A DNA stretch of 38,334 nucleotides from a virus (lineage: Duplodnaviria; Caudoviricetes), in IMG/VR virus record IMGVR_UViG_3300035494_000073, positions 1 through 38,334 of that record. One strand, 5' to 3'. Below, piece after piece: positions 25,284 through 33,959 of the stretch. A model generated the notes under the pieces. The model saw only the letters and a program-made list of their open reading frames with translations, ran no database searches and was not told the DNA's origin. The position numbers were made by a program, and so were the translations under genes. How positions within the stretch are numbered: the first letter of the stretch is position 1; each line of letters begins with the position of its first letter.

Positions 25284-25820
25284 ATGTCAAACTTTTGGAC
25301 ACTTTCAGACGGCAAAACCGCCGAACAGACAACAAACTTTGATGCTGGATCAATCGACGTATTGCCTGACAATACCGACGTTTTGGCTATTGTTGAAGAA
25401 GCCGGTTGGAAAAGCGGCTATGAAGGCGCGCCCGATGTTATCAGCTTGCGCTGGTCGGTGCTGAAACCTGAAGCCTTGAAAAACCGCAAGGTTTTCCAGA
25501 AACTCAAGGTTTGCGAAACAGACCCCAAGGTATCCGACAAGGCAAAACGTATGCTCATGGCGATTGACACCAATGCCGGAGGCAAACTTGCCAAACTTGA
25601 GCGCGAACCAGAAGACAACGACTTGATGCTGGCACTCATGAACAAACCAATGGTGCTGAAAATCAAGGTCTGGAAAATGGACGGTAAGGAGGGTAATTGG
25701 GTTGCTGCGGTAAGTCCAGCGAAGAAGGCCGCGCCAGCGCAAAAGTCGGAGCCTGTTCAACAGCAACCAGAGCCGCAATCAGCTAATCTTGCAGATTTGG
25801 ATGATGATATTCCGTTCTGA
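25284..25820 (+). CDS. Single-stranded DNA-binding protein (DUF669-like)
   Basis: NRKVFQKL motif and acidic tail LDDDIPF; follows Sak4. Confidence 0.85.
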   Translation: MSNFWTLSDGKTAEQTTNFDAGSIDVLPDNTDVLAIVEEAGWKSGYEGAPDVISLRWSVLKPEALKNRKVFQKLKVCETDPKVSDKAKRMLMAIDTNAGGKLAKLEREPEDNDLMLALMNKPMVLKIKVWKMDGKEGNWVAAVSPAKKAAPAQKSEPVQQQPEPQSANLADLDDDIPF

Positions 25821-25836
25821 CCGCACATAACAAAAC

Positions 25837-25854
25837 CCAGCCCTTCGGGGCTGG
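25837..25854. terminator. Stable hairpin (UUCG tetraloop) after the SSB gene
   Basis: CCAGCCC-TTCG-GGGCTGG. Confidence 0.55.
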
Positions 25855-25869
25855 TTAAAGGATACAAGC

Positions 25870-26730
25870 ATGGAACAAAACACACCAGAATGGTTTGAAG
25901 CGCGCAAGGGGCGCGTCACGGCGTCAATGGTAGGCGCAATTTTAGGTCTTGCGCCTTATATGAGCCGAGACGATGCCATGCGCCGCATGGTGCGAGACTA
26001 TCATGGCGCACCGTCGGAGTTCACGGGGAACGATGCAACCGCCTGGGGGACGCATAACGAAGCAGGCGCACGGTTTGATTTTGAATTGGAAACCGGCATT
26101 TCCGTCCAACAATGCGGGTTTTTTGCCAAAGACGATTGGGCAGGGGCCAGCCCGGATGGGTTGCTTAGCGATTCTGGCCTGATTGAAATCAAATGTCCGT
26201 TTGGAATCCGCAACGACGAAAACCCAAAATTCAAAACCGCCGATGAACAACCGCATTACTTTGCGCAGATGCAGTTTCAAATGTGGGTAACAGGCAGAAT
26301 GATAACGCATTTTTGGCAATGGACGCCAAAGAAAACATACCTTGAAGTTATCCATTATTCGCAACCATGGATTGATGAAAACCTGCCGGTGCTGCGTGCT
26401 TTTTACGATGAATATCTGAAAGAGCTAAACAATCAAGATCATCTAGCGCCAAAGCGCAAACCCATAGAAACCGTCAAAGCGCGCCAACTTTTGCAGGAAT
26501 ATGACGAGCTGACAACGGCCATTGAGTTGGGGGAAGCGCGTAAAAAAGAAATCATAGCCGAATTTGAAGAATTGGCCGGTGGCCGCGACGCGCTGATATG
26601 GGGCCGCAAGTTTACCAAGGTTGAAAAGGCTGGCGCGGTTTCGTATGCGAAAGTTGTTAAAGACCATTTGCCTGGGTTTGATTTGGAGCCGTATCGGGGC
26701 AAGCCATCTAGTTATTGGAAACTTTCATAA
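25870..26730 (+). CDS. YqaJ/lambda-exonuclease family protein
   Basis: QNTPEWFEARKGRVTAS, WGT.NE, GASPDG, IEIKCP and Y..QMQ.QM motifs. Confidence 0.93.
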   Translation: MEQNTPEWFEARKGRVTASMVGAILGLAPYMSRDDAMRRMVRDYHGAPSEFTGNDATAWGTHNEAGARFDFELETGISVQQCGFFAKDDWAGASPDGLLSDSGLIEIKCPFGIRNDENPKFKTADEQPHYFAQMQFQMWVTGRMITHFWQWTPKKTYLEVIHYSQPWIDENLPVLRAFYDEYLKELNNQDHLAPKRKPIETVKARQLLQEYDELTTAIELGEARKKEIIAEFEELAGGRDALIWGRKFTKVEKAGAVSYAKVVKDHLPGFDLEPYRGKPSSYWKLS

Positions 26731-28514
26731 TGGCACTACGAGATTACCAACAAGCGGCCCATGATGCTATTGTGTCATGGGTGCGCAAGAGTAAAGAGCC
26801 GTGCGTGGTCGAAGCGCCTACCGGCAGCGGCAAGAGCCATATTATCGCAGCGGTGGCCGAAACACTTACCACCATTAGCCAAGGCAAGCACGTTCTATGC
26901 CTTGCGCCAAGCGCCGAACTGGTCACGCAAAACCGGGAAAAATACCTTGCAACTGGCAACCCGGCTAGTATCTATTCGGCAAGCGCGGGCCAGAAGTGCC
27001 TGAAGCATCCTGTGGTGTTTGCCACGCCAGGCACATTTAAAGGCAAGGCGCGAACGATTGGCGGGAAATTTTGCGCGGTCGTGCTGGATGAGGCACACCG
27101 CATCACGCCAACGGTCAAAGGCATTATTGCCGATATGCAATCGGCAAACCCGAATTTGCGTGTTATCGGGCTGTCGGCCACGCCTTACCGTTTGGGTTCC
27201 GGCCTCATCTACCAGATTGATGAAAACGGCAAGGCTTACGGCCCAGATCAAGCCGTTAACCCCTATTTTGCGGCCAGGGTATACCGTATTACAGCGCGAG
27301 AATTGCTTGATCGCGGATTTCTCACACGCCCAGTTATCGGCCACATTAACACCGAAAATTACGAAACGCTGCACCTTGAGTTAAATTCTCGCGGGCAGTT
27401 TGATGCCAAAGACGTAGACCGCGCATTTATTGGTCATGGCCGTAAAACTGCAATGATTGTTGCCGATGTTGTTCGCCAGGCGCGTGATCGAACAGGCGTG
27501 ATGTTTTTTGCTGCAACAGTCGCGCACGCGCATGAGGTTCTGGAAAGTTTGCCGCCTTCACTGTCTGCAATCATTACCGGAGAAACAAAGAAAGACGAAC
27601 GTGCGGCAATCATCAACCAGTTCAAAGCGCAAAAAATTAAGTATCTGGTGAACGTTGACGTCCTGACAACTGGTTTTGATGCTGACCACGTTGACGTTAT
27701 TGCTTTGCTTCGCGCAACCGAATCAGTCAGTTTATTGCAGCAGATCATTGGCAGAGGGTTGCGTATCCGAGATGGTAAGGATGATTGTCTGGTTCTGGAC
27801 TATGCGCAAAACATCGAGCGCCATTGCCCGGATGGTGACTTGTTCAATCCGCAAATTAAAACGCACATTGCGAAGGGTGACGGCTCGACCATTGATGTTA
27901 AATGCCCAGCCTGCAAAACGGCTTTGTCATTTTCTGCGCGGCCAAACGATGATGGTTATGATATTGACGAATACGGTTATTTTTCTCTGTACGGCCAGCA
28001 GATTGAAACAGATCACGGCCCCATGCCAGCACACTATGGCCGCAGGTGCTACGGCTTGATTCCCATAGGGCGCGGCGAAATGGAACAATGCGCCTACCGC
28101 TGGACTTCCAAGCCATGCCCGGAATGTAATGAGCCTAACGACATTGCAGCGCGCTATTGTGTCGCGTGCAAGGCCGAATTGGTAGACCCAAACGACAAGC
28201 TAATTGCCGACTTCAAAGCGGCCAAAAAAGACCCAGAGCGCGTGCAAACGGATCGGTTGGTATCCTACTCTGTAAAAGACACGGTAACGCAATCAGGCCG
28301 TGAATGTAAGGTTGTTGATTTCGATACAGAGTACCGAAACTTCAGGGTTTGGTACATGCCAGAGCGCCGAGAATGGGCGTCATTTTTGAACGCAACAAAC
28401 GGCGGCACAACCAAGCCTGAAAGCATCACCTACCGCAAAGAGCCGGGAAAGATTTTTTACCGTGTGCTGGCCTTTGGCCTTCCCATTGATACACCGGAGA
28501 GCATAGCCGCATGA
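26730..28514 (+). CDS. Superfamily 2 DNA helicase with zinc ribbons (RadD/YejH-like)
   Basis: LRDYQ, PTGSGKS, DEAH, SATP, LTTGFD and QIIGRGLR motifs; CPAC and CPEC..C..C zinc ligands. Confidence 0.93.
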   Translation: MALRDYQQAAHDAIVSWVRKSKEPCVVEAPTGSGKSHIIAAVAETLTTISQGKHVLCLAPSAELVTQNREKYLATGNPASIYSASAGQKCLKHPVVFATPGTFKGKARTIGGKFCAVVLDEAHRITPTVKGIIADMQSANPNLRVIGLSATPYRLGSGLIYQIDENGKAYGPDQAVNPYFAARVYRITARELLDRGFLTRPVIGHINTENYETLHLELNSRGQFDAKDVDRAFIGHGRKTAMIVADVVRQARDRTGVMFFAATVAHAHEVLESLPPSLSAIITGETKKDERAAIINQFKAQKIKYLVNVDVLTTGFDADHVDVIALLRATESVSLLQQIIGRGLRIRDGKDDCLVLDYAQNIERHCPDGDLFNPQIKTHIAKGDGSTIDVKCPACKTALSFSARPNDDGYDIDEYGYFSLYGQQIETDHGPMPAHYGRRCYGLIPIGRGEMEQCAYRWTSKPCPECNEPNDIAARYCVACKAELVDPNDKLIADFKAAKKDPERVQTDRLVSYSVKDTVTQSGRECKVVDFDTEYRNFRVWYMPERREWASFLNATNGGTTKPESITYRKEPGKIFYRVLAFGLPIDTPESIAA

Positions 28515-28843
28515 CACAATACCAAACAGAACACGCCGAACAAGTGGCGTTTGTCCAATGGTTCCGCAAAACGTATCCAGACGTGTTGATCTTCGCCATA
28601 CCCAACGGAGGCAAGCGTGGCAAGCTGGAAGCGGCACGGTTGCAGTTGGAGGGCGTAACGCCTGGGGTTCCTGATTTGTGCATTCCAGAGTGGCACGTTT
28701 ACATCGAAATGAAGCGCGTGAAGGGCGGAAGTGTGTCAAAAGAGCAAAAGGAAGTGATTGAATACTTGAATGCAAACGGCTACACGGCCAAAGTATGCGC
28801 TGGGTTTGAGTCTGCGAAGATATTTATTGAATCGTTGAAATAA
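28511..28843 (+). CDS. VRR-NUC nuclease
   Basis: EH.EQ, AIPNGG.R, GV.PGVPDL, IEMK and S.EQK motifs. Confidence 0.92.
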   Translation: MTQYQTEHAEQVAFVQWFRKTYPDVLIFAIPNGGKRGKLEAARLQLEGVTPGVPDLCIPEWHVYIEMKRVKGGSVSKEQKEVIEYLNANGYTAKVCAGFESAKIFIESLK

Positions 28844-28856
28844 TTTACACCGGCCC

Positions 28857-28893
28857 TTGCGCCGGTCTCTTAATAGTGTATAATTTTATACAT
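28857..28893 (+). promoter_or_regulatory. Promoter with palindromic -10/+1 region, copy 1
   Basis: TTGCGC-16 bp-TATAAT; TGTATAA-TT-TTATACA palindrome. Confidence 0.7.
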
Positions 28894-28913
28894 CATTAAC
28901 AGTGAGCAAAACC

Positions 28914-29159
28914 ATGAAAGAACCAAGCCTATTTGAAGAAGATTACAAAACGCCAGCGTTCAGCGCAGACCAAGAAGCGTTTATGTGGGCGCTTGAAGAT
29001 GGTGTTCAGGTGTACGTTCAAGCCGTCCTAGACGCCGACTTTCTGCGCGATCTGTCCGTTCAGCACCAGCATGAGTTGCTGCGCCACATCATCGAGCGCG
29101 GCAGCCCTGAACTAAAGGCAGAGCTGGCCGCGTGTGTGCGTGGGATTGTGGAGGGGTAA
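28914..29159 (+). CDS. Hypothetical acidic protein
   Basis: MKEPSLFEED... directly after the promoter. Confidence 0.65.
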   Translation: MKEPSLFEEDYKTPAFSADQEAFMWALEDGVQVYVQAVLDADFLRDLSVQHQHELLRHIIERGSPELKAELAACVRGIVEG

Positions 29160-29161
29160 CG

Positions 29162-29548
29162 GTGAACCCCAACAAACTAAACCGCACCGCACACAACGCC
29201 ATCCTAGAGCCAGTCATCACGGCCATGGTCGCCATGCGCCTGAGCCGCGCAACTAGCGAGCATTACCACACGCTGGCAAGCGCGTTTCTGATTGCATCGC
29301 ACGCGGTCGAACTGACGCCACGGCACGCCCATCTAGCCGATACGGTGACGGCTGGTCTTTCGGCGTTAGGCCATGTATTCGCACGGCACGAGCAGCGCAC
29401 GATACAGGATGCGTACTTTACGGCCACGGCAGACGAACTAGACGCGATCCATGACGCGCTGGAAATTTATAAAGCCTTGCTGAAAACAACGCCAGGCAGA
29501 ACGTGGCGTCGGGCAATTCATCGGGCTATTGCGCAGATCAATAAATAG
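29162..29548 (+). CDS. Hypothetical helical protein
   Basis: GTG start after GGAGG; 128 aa. Confidence 0.65.
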   Translation: MNPNKLNRTAHNAILEPVITAMVAMRLSRATSEHYHTLASAFLIASHAVELTPRHAHLADTVTAGLSALGHVFARHEQRTIQDAYFTATADELDAIHDALEIYKALLKTTPGRTWRRAIHRAIAQINK

Positions 29549-29565
29549 TGTATAATTTTATACAT
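29529..29565 (+). promoter_or_regulatory. Promoter with palindromic -10/+1 region, copy 2
   Basis: TTGCGC-16 bp-TATAAT; 22 bp identical to 28872-28893. Confidence 0.7.
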
Positions 29566-29583
29566 TGTTAACAGGGGAAATTT

Positions 29584-29787
29584 ATGCTGATAGCAAACGA
29601 ATACAGTCCGGTAATACTTGCGGACGATGTAATGATGCACCGCTGGCACTTATTCAACAACTCGCCAACCTGGTCTGTCTCGTACCATATCCCGGCGAAA
29701 ATCTGCGCGTTCTTTGGCGGCGTAAATGTCCAGTGCTTCGCCGTCATGGACGATTTCGGCAATCTGATTAGGGTAGATATTCAATGA
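29584..29787 (+). CDS. Hypothetical protein
   Basis: 67 aa; SD AGGGG; ends AVMDDFGNLIRV. Confidence 0.65.
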   Translation: MLIANEYSPVILADDVMMHRWHLFNNSPTWSVSYHIPAKICAFFGGVNVQCFAVMDDFGNLIRVDIQ

Positions 29788-29951
29788 AAAAACGCGGCCC
29801 AAAGCCTATTGAACCAACCACAGGCCACCCAATGCGGGTTAACGTGATGATTGACGCGCCAACCAAACAAACGCTTGCCCAAGTCGGGCAAAACAACGTC
29901 AGCGCGGGGATTCGTATTCTTGCGCGGCGGCACAGGGAGGGGAAGAAATGA
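29784..29951 (+). CDS. Small RHH-like DNA-binding protein, paralogue of 15388..15546 (not in the ORF track)
   Basis: MKKRGPKPIEPTTGHPMRVNVMIDAPTKQTLAQVGQNNVSAGIRILARRHREGKK*; ATGA overlaps. Confidence 0.7.
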   Translation: MKKRGPKPIEPTTGHPMRVNVMIDAPTKQTLAQVGQNNVSAGIRILARRHREGKK

Positions 29952-30100
29952 AAATTGAATGGCAGTACGCCAAGAACGGTGGGCAGCTTGTGGCGTTCCG
30001 GGTTGTTAACGGTGCGCGGATTTACGATAAATTGCCGGAGTTTAAGCCAGCGCCGCAGCCGGTTAGGTTTGGTGCGGCTGGGTATGAGGGTAAGAAATGA
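29948..30100 (+). CDS. Small hypothetical protein (not in the ORF track)
   Basis: MKIEWQYAKNGGQLVAFRVVNGARIYDKLPEF...YEGKK*, 50 aa; ATGA overlaps at both ends. Confidence 0.65.
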   Translation: MKIEWQYAKNGGQLVAFRVVNGARIYDKLPEFKPAPQPVRFGAAGYEGKK

Positions 30101-30351
30101 GTAAGGTAGCAATGCCGGAGCCTGTTGGGGAGGCTGTCATTGTTGGCAAGGAAAAACTTGTCAACTGGTTTAATGGCTGCATGCCGGTCTCTGGCACCTT
30201 GCTGTTTACCGAGGCGCAGATGCAAGCCTACGCCCAAGCACGGGTAAATGAGGCGCTGGAAGAAGCGGCGCAAATTGCTGCTAATAAATCCGCGTTAGTC
30301 GGGCCGGTTATTTCTAAGAAAATTCGTGCACTGAAAAAGGAATTTATATGA
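30097..30351 (+). CDS. Hypothetical protein
   Basis: 84 aa; MPEPV, LFTEAQMQAYA and ALEEAAQI...IRALK motifs common in phage early genes. Confidence 0.7.
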   Translation: MSKVAMPEPVGEAVIVGKEKLVNWFNGCMPVSGTLLFTEAQMQAYAQARVNEALEEAAQIAANKSALVGPVISKKIRALKKEFI

Positions 30352-30713
30352 CACAGCAAACCGTGCTTACAGAGACAGAGATAAACAGGCTGCAAATGCT
30401 TTCACAAGTGCTGCTGAATGATCCAAGCGACTTTAACAGGGCTGCCCGCGCCATCGAGCAAGCCGTCTTACAACAAGTGTTGTCATCGCCGCAGGCGCAG
30501 GCGATGCGATGGCAGCCGATAGAGACAGCTCCGAAGAATGGCCGTTCGATTTTCGTTATAAGGCGACACTCACACCTACCAAACACGGCCATTTACAACA
30601 CAACCATGTGTTGGTTTGAGGACTTGCATTCCGGGGATCACTTGCACGACTTAACCCACTGGATGCCCCTACCAGCCCCACCCGCCGACGCCGCAATGGA
30701 GAAACAGAAATGA
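30348..30713 (+). CDS. DUF551-like protein
   Basis: WQPIETAPKNG ... THWMPLPAPP. Confidence 0.8.
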   Translation: MTQQTVLTETEINRLQMLSQVLLNDPSDFNRAARAIEQAVLQQVLSSPQAQAMRWQPIETAPKNGRSIFVIRRHSHLPNTAIYNTTMCWFEDLHSGDHLHDLTHWMPLPAPPADAAMEKQK

Positions 30714-31357
30714 AATTTCGCAAAAAACCAGTAGTTATTGACGCTATCCAATGGACAGGCGCCAATTTAAAGGACGTAATTGACTTTACAGGTAAGCACC
30801 CGGACTTCGATAAATGGTTTGATAGTTGGGAAGCCTATTCCGAGCACGTTGCCAATGACGGGCTGAAATTCAAGATATTCACTCTTGAGGGCACCATGAC
30901 TGCCACACCCGGCGACTGGATTATACGTGGCGTACAAGGCGAATGTTACCCATGTAAGCCCGACATATTCGAGGCCACATATGACCAAGCGGATAGCCAA
31001 CCCGCCATGCCTGCGGATTCTGAATACAACATCGAAGCCGCTGCCCGTGAGCTTGCAAGACGTATGGATTACCCGTGGGAGTTTATGAACCATAGGGGCC
31101 GCATCAATATGCGTGAAATTACACAGCATGTATTGAACGCCGCCAGCCGCCGCATTGAGGAGGAATGGGGAATGATCCAAATCGAGCATGAAAACGTAGA
31201 AGAACTCAAAAAGTGGGGAATGGGGCTGTCCCGAATTATTGAGAATTGCTTCTTTTGTCATACACCCACCCGTTATTGGAACAAGAAGGCGAACCAACCT
31301 TGTTGCCCAAGCTGCTCCAAAAAGCACAAGGTTTCTGAATTCAAGGAAAAGAAATGA
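30710..31357 (+). CDS. Multi-domain phage protein (PGDYG-like N-domain plus C-terminal Cys-rich module)
   Basis: KFRKKPVVIDAIQW..TLEG..ATPGDWIIRGVQGE.YPCKPDIF..TY; C-terminal CFFC...CCPSC. Confidence 0.75.
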   Translation: MKFRKKPVVIDAIQWTGANLKDVIDFTGKHPDFDKWFDSWEAYSEHVANDGLKFKIFTLEGTMTATPGDWIIRGVQGECYPCKPDIFEATYDQADSQPAMPADSEYNIEAAARELARRMDYPWEFMNHRGRINMREITQHVLNAASRRIEEEWGMIQIEHENVEELKKWGMGLSRIIENCFFCHTPTRYWNKKANQPCCPSCSKKHKVSEFKEKK

Positions 31358-31761
31358 ACACTCACGACATTGAACTGCCGCCGTTGCCACACCTGCCTTT
31401 GAACGACCCGGCAGCAGTTTTTAAGACCGTGCATGACTGGGGCCGCGCAGCCATCGCCCACGACCGGCAGCAGCGCGGGGAGCCTGTGGCCCAAGTCGCA
31501 GTAAATGGCGATGGGTCGCAGGTATGGATTGCGCTAAAAACTCAGTGGCTACCGAAAGGCAGGCACAATCTATACGCGGAGCCACAACCCGCCGAGCCGG
31601 TGACTATCCAAACAGTCGCTAGTGACAATTCCGGCCTAACCGAATGGGAACAACGCGCCGACTTGGAAGCCGAAGAAGCGCGATCAGAACAGATTACAGA
31701 ATGGGAGCGACGAGCCGACCTTGAGGCCGAATCGGCGCGCTCTGCAATATTGGATAATTAA
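31354..31761 (+). CDS. Hypothetical protein with a C-terminal 19-aa duplication
   Basis: IELPPLP and GEPVA..LYAEPQP motifs; TEWE(Q/R)RADLEAE occurs twice. Confidence 0.7.
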   Translation: MNTHDIELPPLPHLPLNDPAAVFKTVHDWGRAAIAHDRQQRGEPVAQVAVNGDGSQVWIALKTQWLPKGRHNLYAEPQPAEPVTIQTVASDNSGLTEWEQRADLEAEEARSEQITEWERRADLEAESARSAILDN

Positions 31762-31762
31762 A

Positions 31763-32290
31763 ATGACACACTACGATGATACAGCGCATGGCCAAATCCC
31801 AACCCCCACAGAGGATTGGGAAAAACTAGCCAACACACCACAGCAAACGCTGAAAGTAAAGAAACTGCATCCAGACGCAATTATCCCAAAATATGCAACA
31901 TATGGCGCTGCGTGTTTTGATCTTCACGCCATTGATTGCCGCAATGATTCCCCTGTGCTTCCCTACGCCGGTACTACATTCAGAACAGGACTTGCATTTG
32001 AAGTACCTAGCGGGCACGTTATGCTGGTATTTTCACGAAGCGGTCACGGTTTCAAACATGAAACAAGACTTGCCAACTGCGTCGGGGTTATCGATTCTGA
32101 TTATAGAGGCGAATTAATGGTTCGACTTGTTCGTGAAGCAGGAACAGAAATTGATTTTTTGTGTGTTAGCCCGGGCGACCGCATTGCTCAAGCCATGCTC
32201 GTTCCTATTCCTCGCGTTGCCCTAGTCGAGGTTAAGGAACTTTCAGAAACCGAACGCGGGACTGGTGGATTCGGTAGCACTGGCGTATGA
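31763..32290 (+). CDS. dut: Trimeric dUTPase
   Basis: ACFDL, RSG, GVIDSDYRGE, GDRIAQ and RGTGGFGSTG (motifs I-V). Confidence 0.96.
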   Translation: MTHYDDTAHGQIPTPTEDWEKLANTPQQTLKVKKLHPDAIIPKYATYGAACFDLHAIDCRNDSPVLPYAGTTFRTGLAFEVPSGHVMLVFSRSGHGFKHETRLANCVGVIDSDYRGELMVRLVREAGTEIDFLCVSPGDRIAQAMLVPIPRVALVEVKELSETERGTGGFGSTGV

Positions 32291-32466
32291 ACAAACACCT
32301 ATCCGCCCCACCAGGCGAGCTGTATTGGCGCTACAGCTTGCCGATTGACAAGTCCGCCAAAATGTTACTTCGTACCGTAGGCGACGTTGCCGTTATCGGT
32401 ACGTGGTACGGTAATTTGAACGAGTATTTTGTGGCGTGGTGTCCGCTGCCAAGGAATAGTAAATGA
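32287..32466 (+). CDS. Small hypothetical protein (not in the ORF track)
   Basis: MNKHLSAPPGELYWRY...KMLLRTVGDVAVIGTW...FVAWCPLPRNSK*; ATGA overlaps. Confidence 0.7.
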   Translation: MNKHLSAPPGELYWRYSLPIDKSAKMLLRTVGDVAVIGTWYGNLNEYFVAWCPLPRNSK

Positions 32467-32651
32467 CCCTAGAAAAACTAGCCGAAAAACTAACCGGATG
32501 CAACGATACTTTGTATATTGAAGGCAAATTGTTGCAGCAACGCGCGCTGGCCTATGGTGACGGATATTCGGACGGCTACGCCCGCGCCTTATCTGACATT
32601 CGCAAAAAACTCGTTGATCTTGCCAGCCGTTCTACCGACACAACGCGCTGA
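32463..32651 (+). CDS. Hypothetical protein
   Basis: 62 aa, AY.DGYSDGY motif; last gene of the rightward operon. Confidence 0.6.
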   Translation: MTLEKLAEKLTGCNDTLYIEGKLLQQRALAYGDGYSDGYARALSDIRKKLVDLASRSTDTTR

Positions 32652-32826
32652 AAACCTCGTTATGCTCAACAACCTGGCGCACAATACCATCGGGTGTTTG
32701 CGCCAGTTCTTCGGCATTATTCCACCATATCGGTTTGGCTATCTGGCAGTAATTACCGCTCGTTGTCGCGCAACCAGGAACGAGCACGATCACGAACAGC
32801 AGCATCACTTTCTGAATCAATTTCAT
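32632..32826 (-). CDS. o-spanin (Rz1-like lipoprotein)
   Basis: Hydrophobic signal and lipobox LVPG-C; overlaps the i-spanin in another frame; start 32826 or 32805. Confidence 0.8.
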   Translation of the reverse strand: MKLIQKVMLLFVIVLVPGCATTSGNYCQIAKPIWWNNAEELAQTPDGIVRQVVEHNEVFSALCR

Positions 32827-32983
32827 CACGCACCTGTTTAGCGTCACGCACGGCGGCCTGCTCGCGTTCGCGCTGGTTGTTTTGCTCGCTGGCCTTGCCT
32901 TTGGTGTAAGCAATGACAAGCGCACCAATAGCGGCAACGATAGCCGCAGCGTAGGGGAAGATTGCTGTTAGGATTTCAGTCAT
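32753..32983 (-). CDS. i-spanin (Rz-like)
   Basis: N-terminal TM helix then a short coiled coil; directly after the endolysin. Confidence 0.8.
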   Translation of the reverse strand: MTEILTAIFPYAAAIVAAIGALVIAYTKGKASEQNNQREREQAAVRDAKQVRDEIDSESDAAVRDRARSWLRDNER

Positions 32984-33521
32984 AGCTAAGGCCCACAGTT
33001 ATCGCTTCCTGAGCATCCGCGCCTAAAAACATGGCGCGTTCAGCAGCCCGGCGACGGCGCAAGCCTTTCAGTGATTTACCGCCAGCCTTATCCCATCGCA
33101 AAAATTCATCCGCTGCGCCTTGAATATCCATTGCGTTAAATTTCTTGACCAGCGTAGAGTTTTTGAACGCATGAACACCAACGTTGTAGGCTAACGATAC
33201 CATAGCATCAAATTCGTGCTGGCTTGGGTTTTTCGTTAGTGCAGCCAATACACCCGGTTCAAACTCGTTAGCCAGCCGTTCAGCCAGCAATTTATCAGCC
33301 TGTGTCTGCGTTATTTCAAGGCCTTCAATAACATCTGGCCCTGTATGCCCGTAGCCAATCGTCAGTACGCCTACGGGGTCACGGTAGGCTTTGAGTTTCA
33401 CGCCCTCGTAGTGCTTGATTAACTTGATCCCCTCGGCGCTGGTGCGGGTTACTGGGGCTGGGGCAGGCGTTTCCTGCTTACCAAACAACCCAGCCAGAAA
33501 ATCAATCAGTTTTTTCAGCAT
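32976..33521 (-). CDS. Endolysin, GH24 (T4/P21-like) lysozyme
   Basis: EG..L.AYRD..GV.TIGYGHT catalytic motif, FDAMVSLAYNVG and GLRRRR.AE; start MLKKL at 33521 with SD AGGGG. Confidence 0.93.
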   Translation of the reverse strand: MLKKLIDFLAGLFGKQETPAPAPVTRTSAEGIKLIKHYEGVKLKAYRDPVGVLTIGYGHTGPDVIEGLEITQTQADKLLAERLANEFEPGVLAALTKNPSQHEFDAMVSLAYNVGVHAFKNSTLVKKFNAMDIQGAADEFLRWDKAGGKSLKGLRRRRAAERAMFLGADAQEAITVGLSYD

Positions 33522-33756
33522 GCAATTTCCCCTGTTTAATGACGCGCGCGACCGTTCCGCCGAACACCAACGCCAATCCAATATACTTAACCACCGAATC
33601 AGGCACAGCGGCCTGAACATCGGCTGGCAGCACTGCCCAAACTTGCGCCAACGCGCCGGGGGCAAAGTCGAAAAACAACAACAAAAAACCTCCTAGCGCA
33701 GTCAGGCGAATAGACCAGAATTTGTGCCACTGTTTCCAGTTTTCAATCAGCTTCAT
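33502..33756 (-). CDS. Holin-like two-TM protein
   Basis: MKLIENWKQWHKFWSIRL...ARVIKQ; directly before the endolysin. Confidence 0.75.
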   Translation of the reverse strand: MKLIENWKQWHKFWSIRLTALGGFLLLFFDFAPGALAQVWAVLPADVQAAVPDSVVKYIGLALVFGGTVARVIKQGKLHAEKTD

Positions 33757-33959
33757 TTCACCCACTCCTTAACCCCGCCATGGCCAGCGCAAACGCCTTG
33801 AGCGCGTGGCGCTGTAGTCAGCATTCCATCGCCGCAAACCGCAGTCAAACCTATTACACGCTTCATGGCGCGTTTTTGATCGGTAGCCAAACCATACACC
33901 AGCAACAGACCAAAAATAACAGTGCATACAATAGCGGCATTTTTCACTTGAATTTCCAA
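33753..33959 (-). CDS. Membrane-anchored protein with a DUF3761-like Cys/His module
   Basis: TM helix, then AVC.DG......QGVCAGHGGV..W. Confidence 0.6.
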   Translation of the reverse strand: MEIQVKNAAIVCTVIFGLLLVYGLATDQKRAMKRVIGLTAVCGDGMLTTAPRAQGVCAGHGGVKEWVK

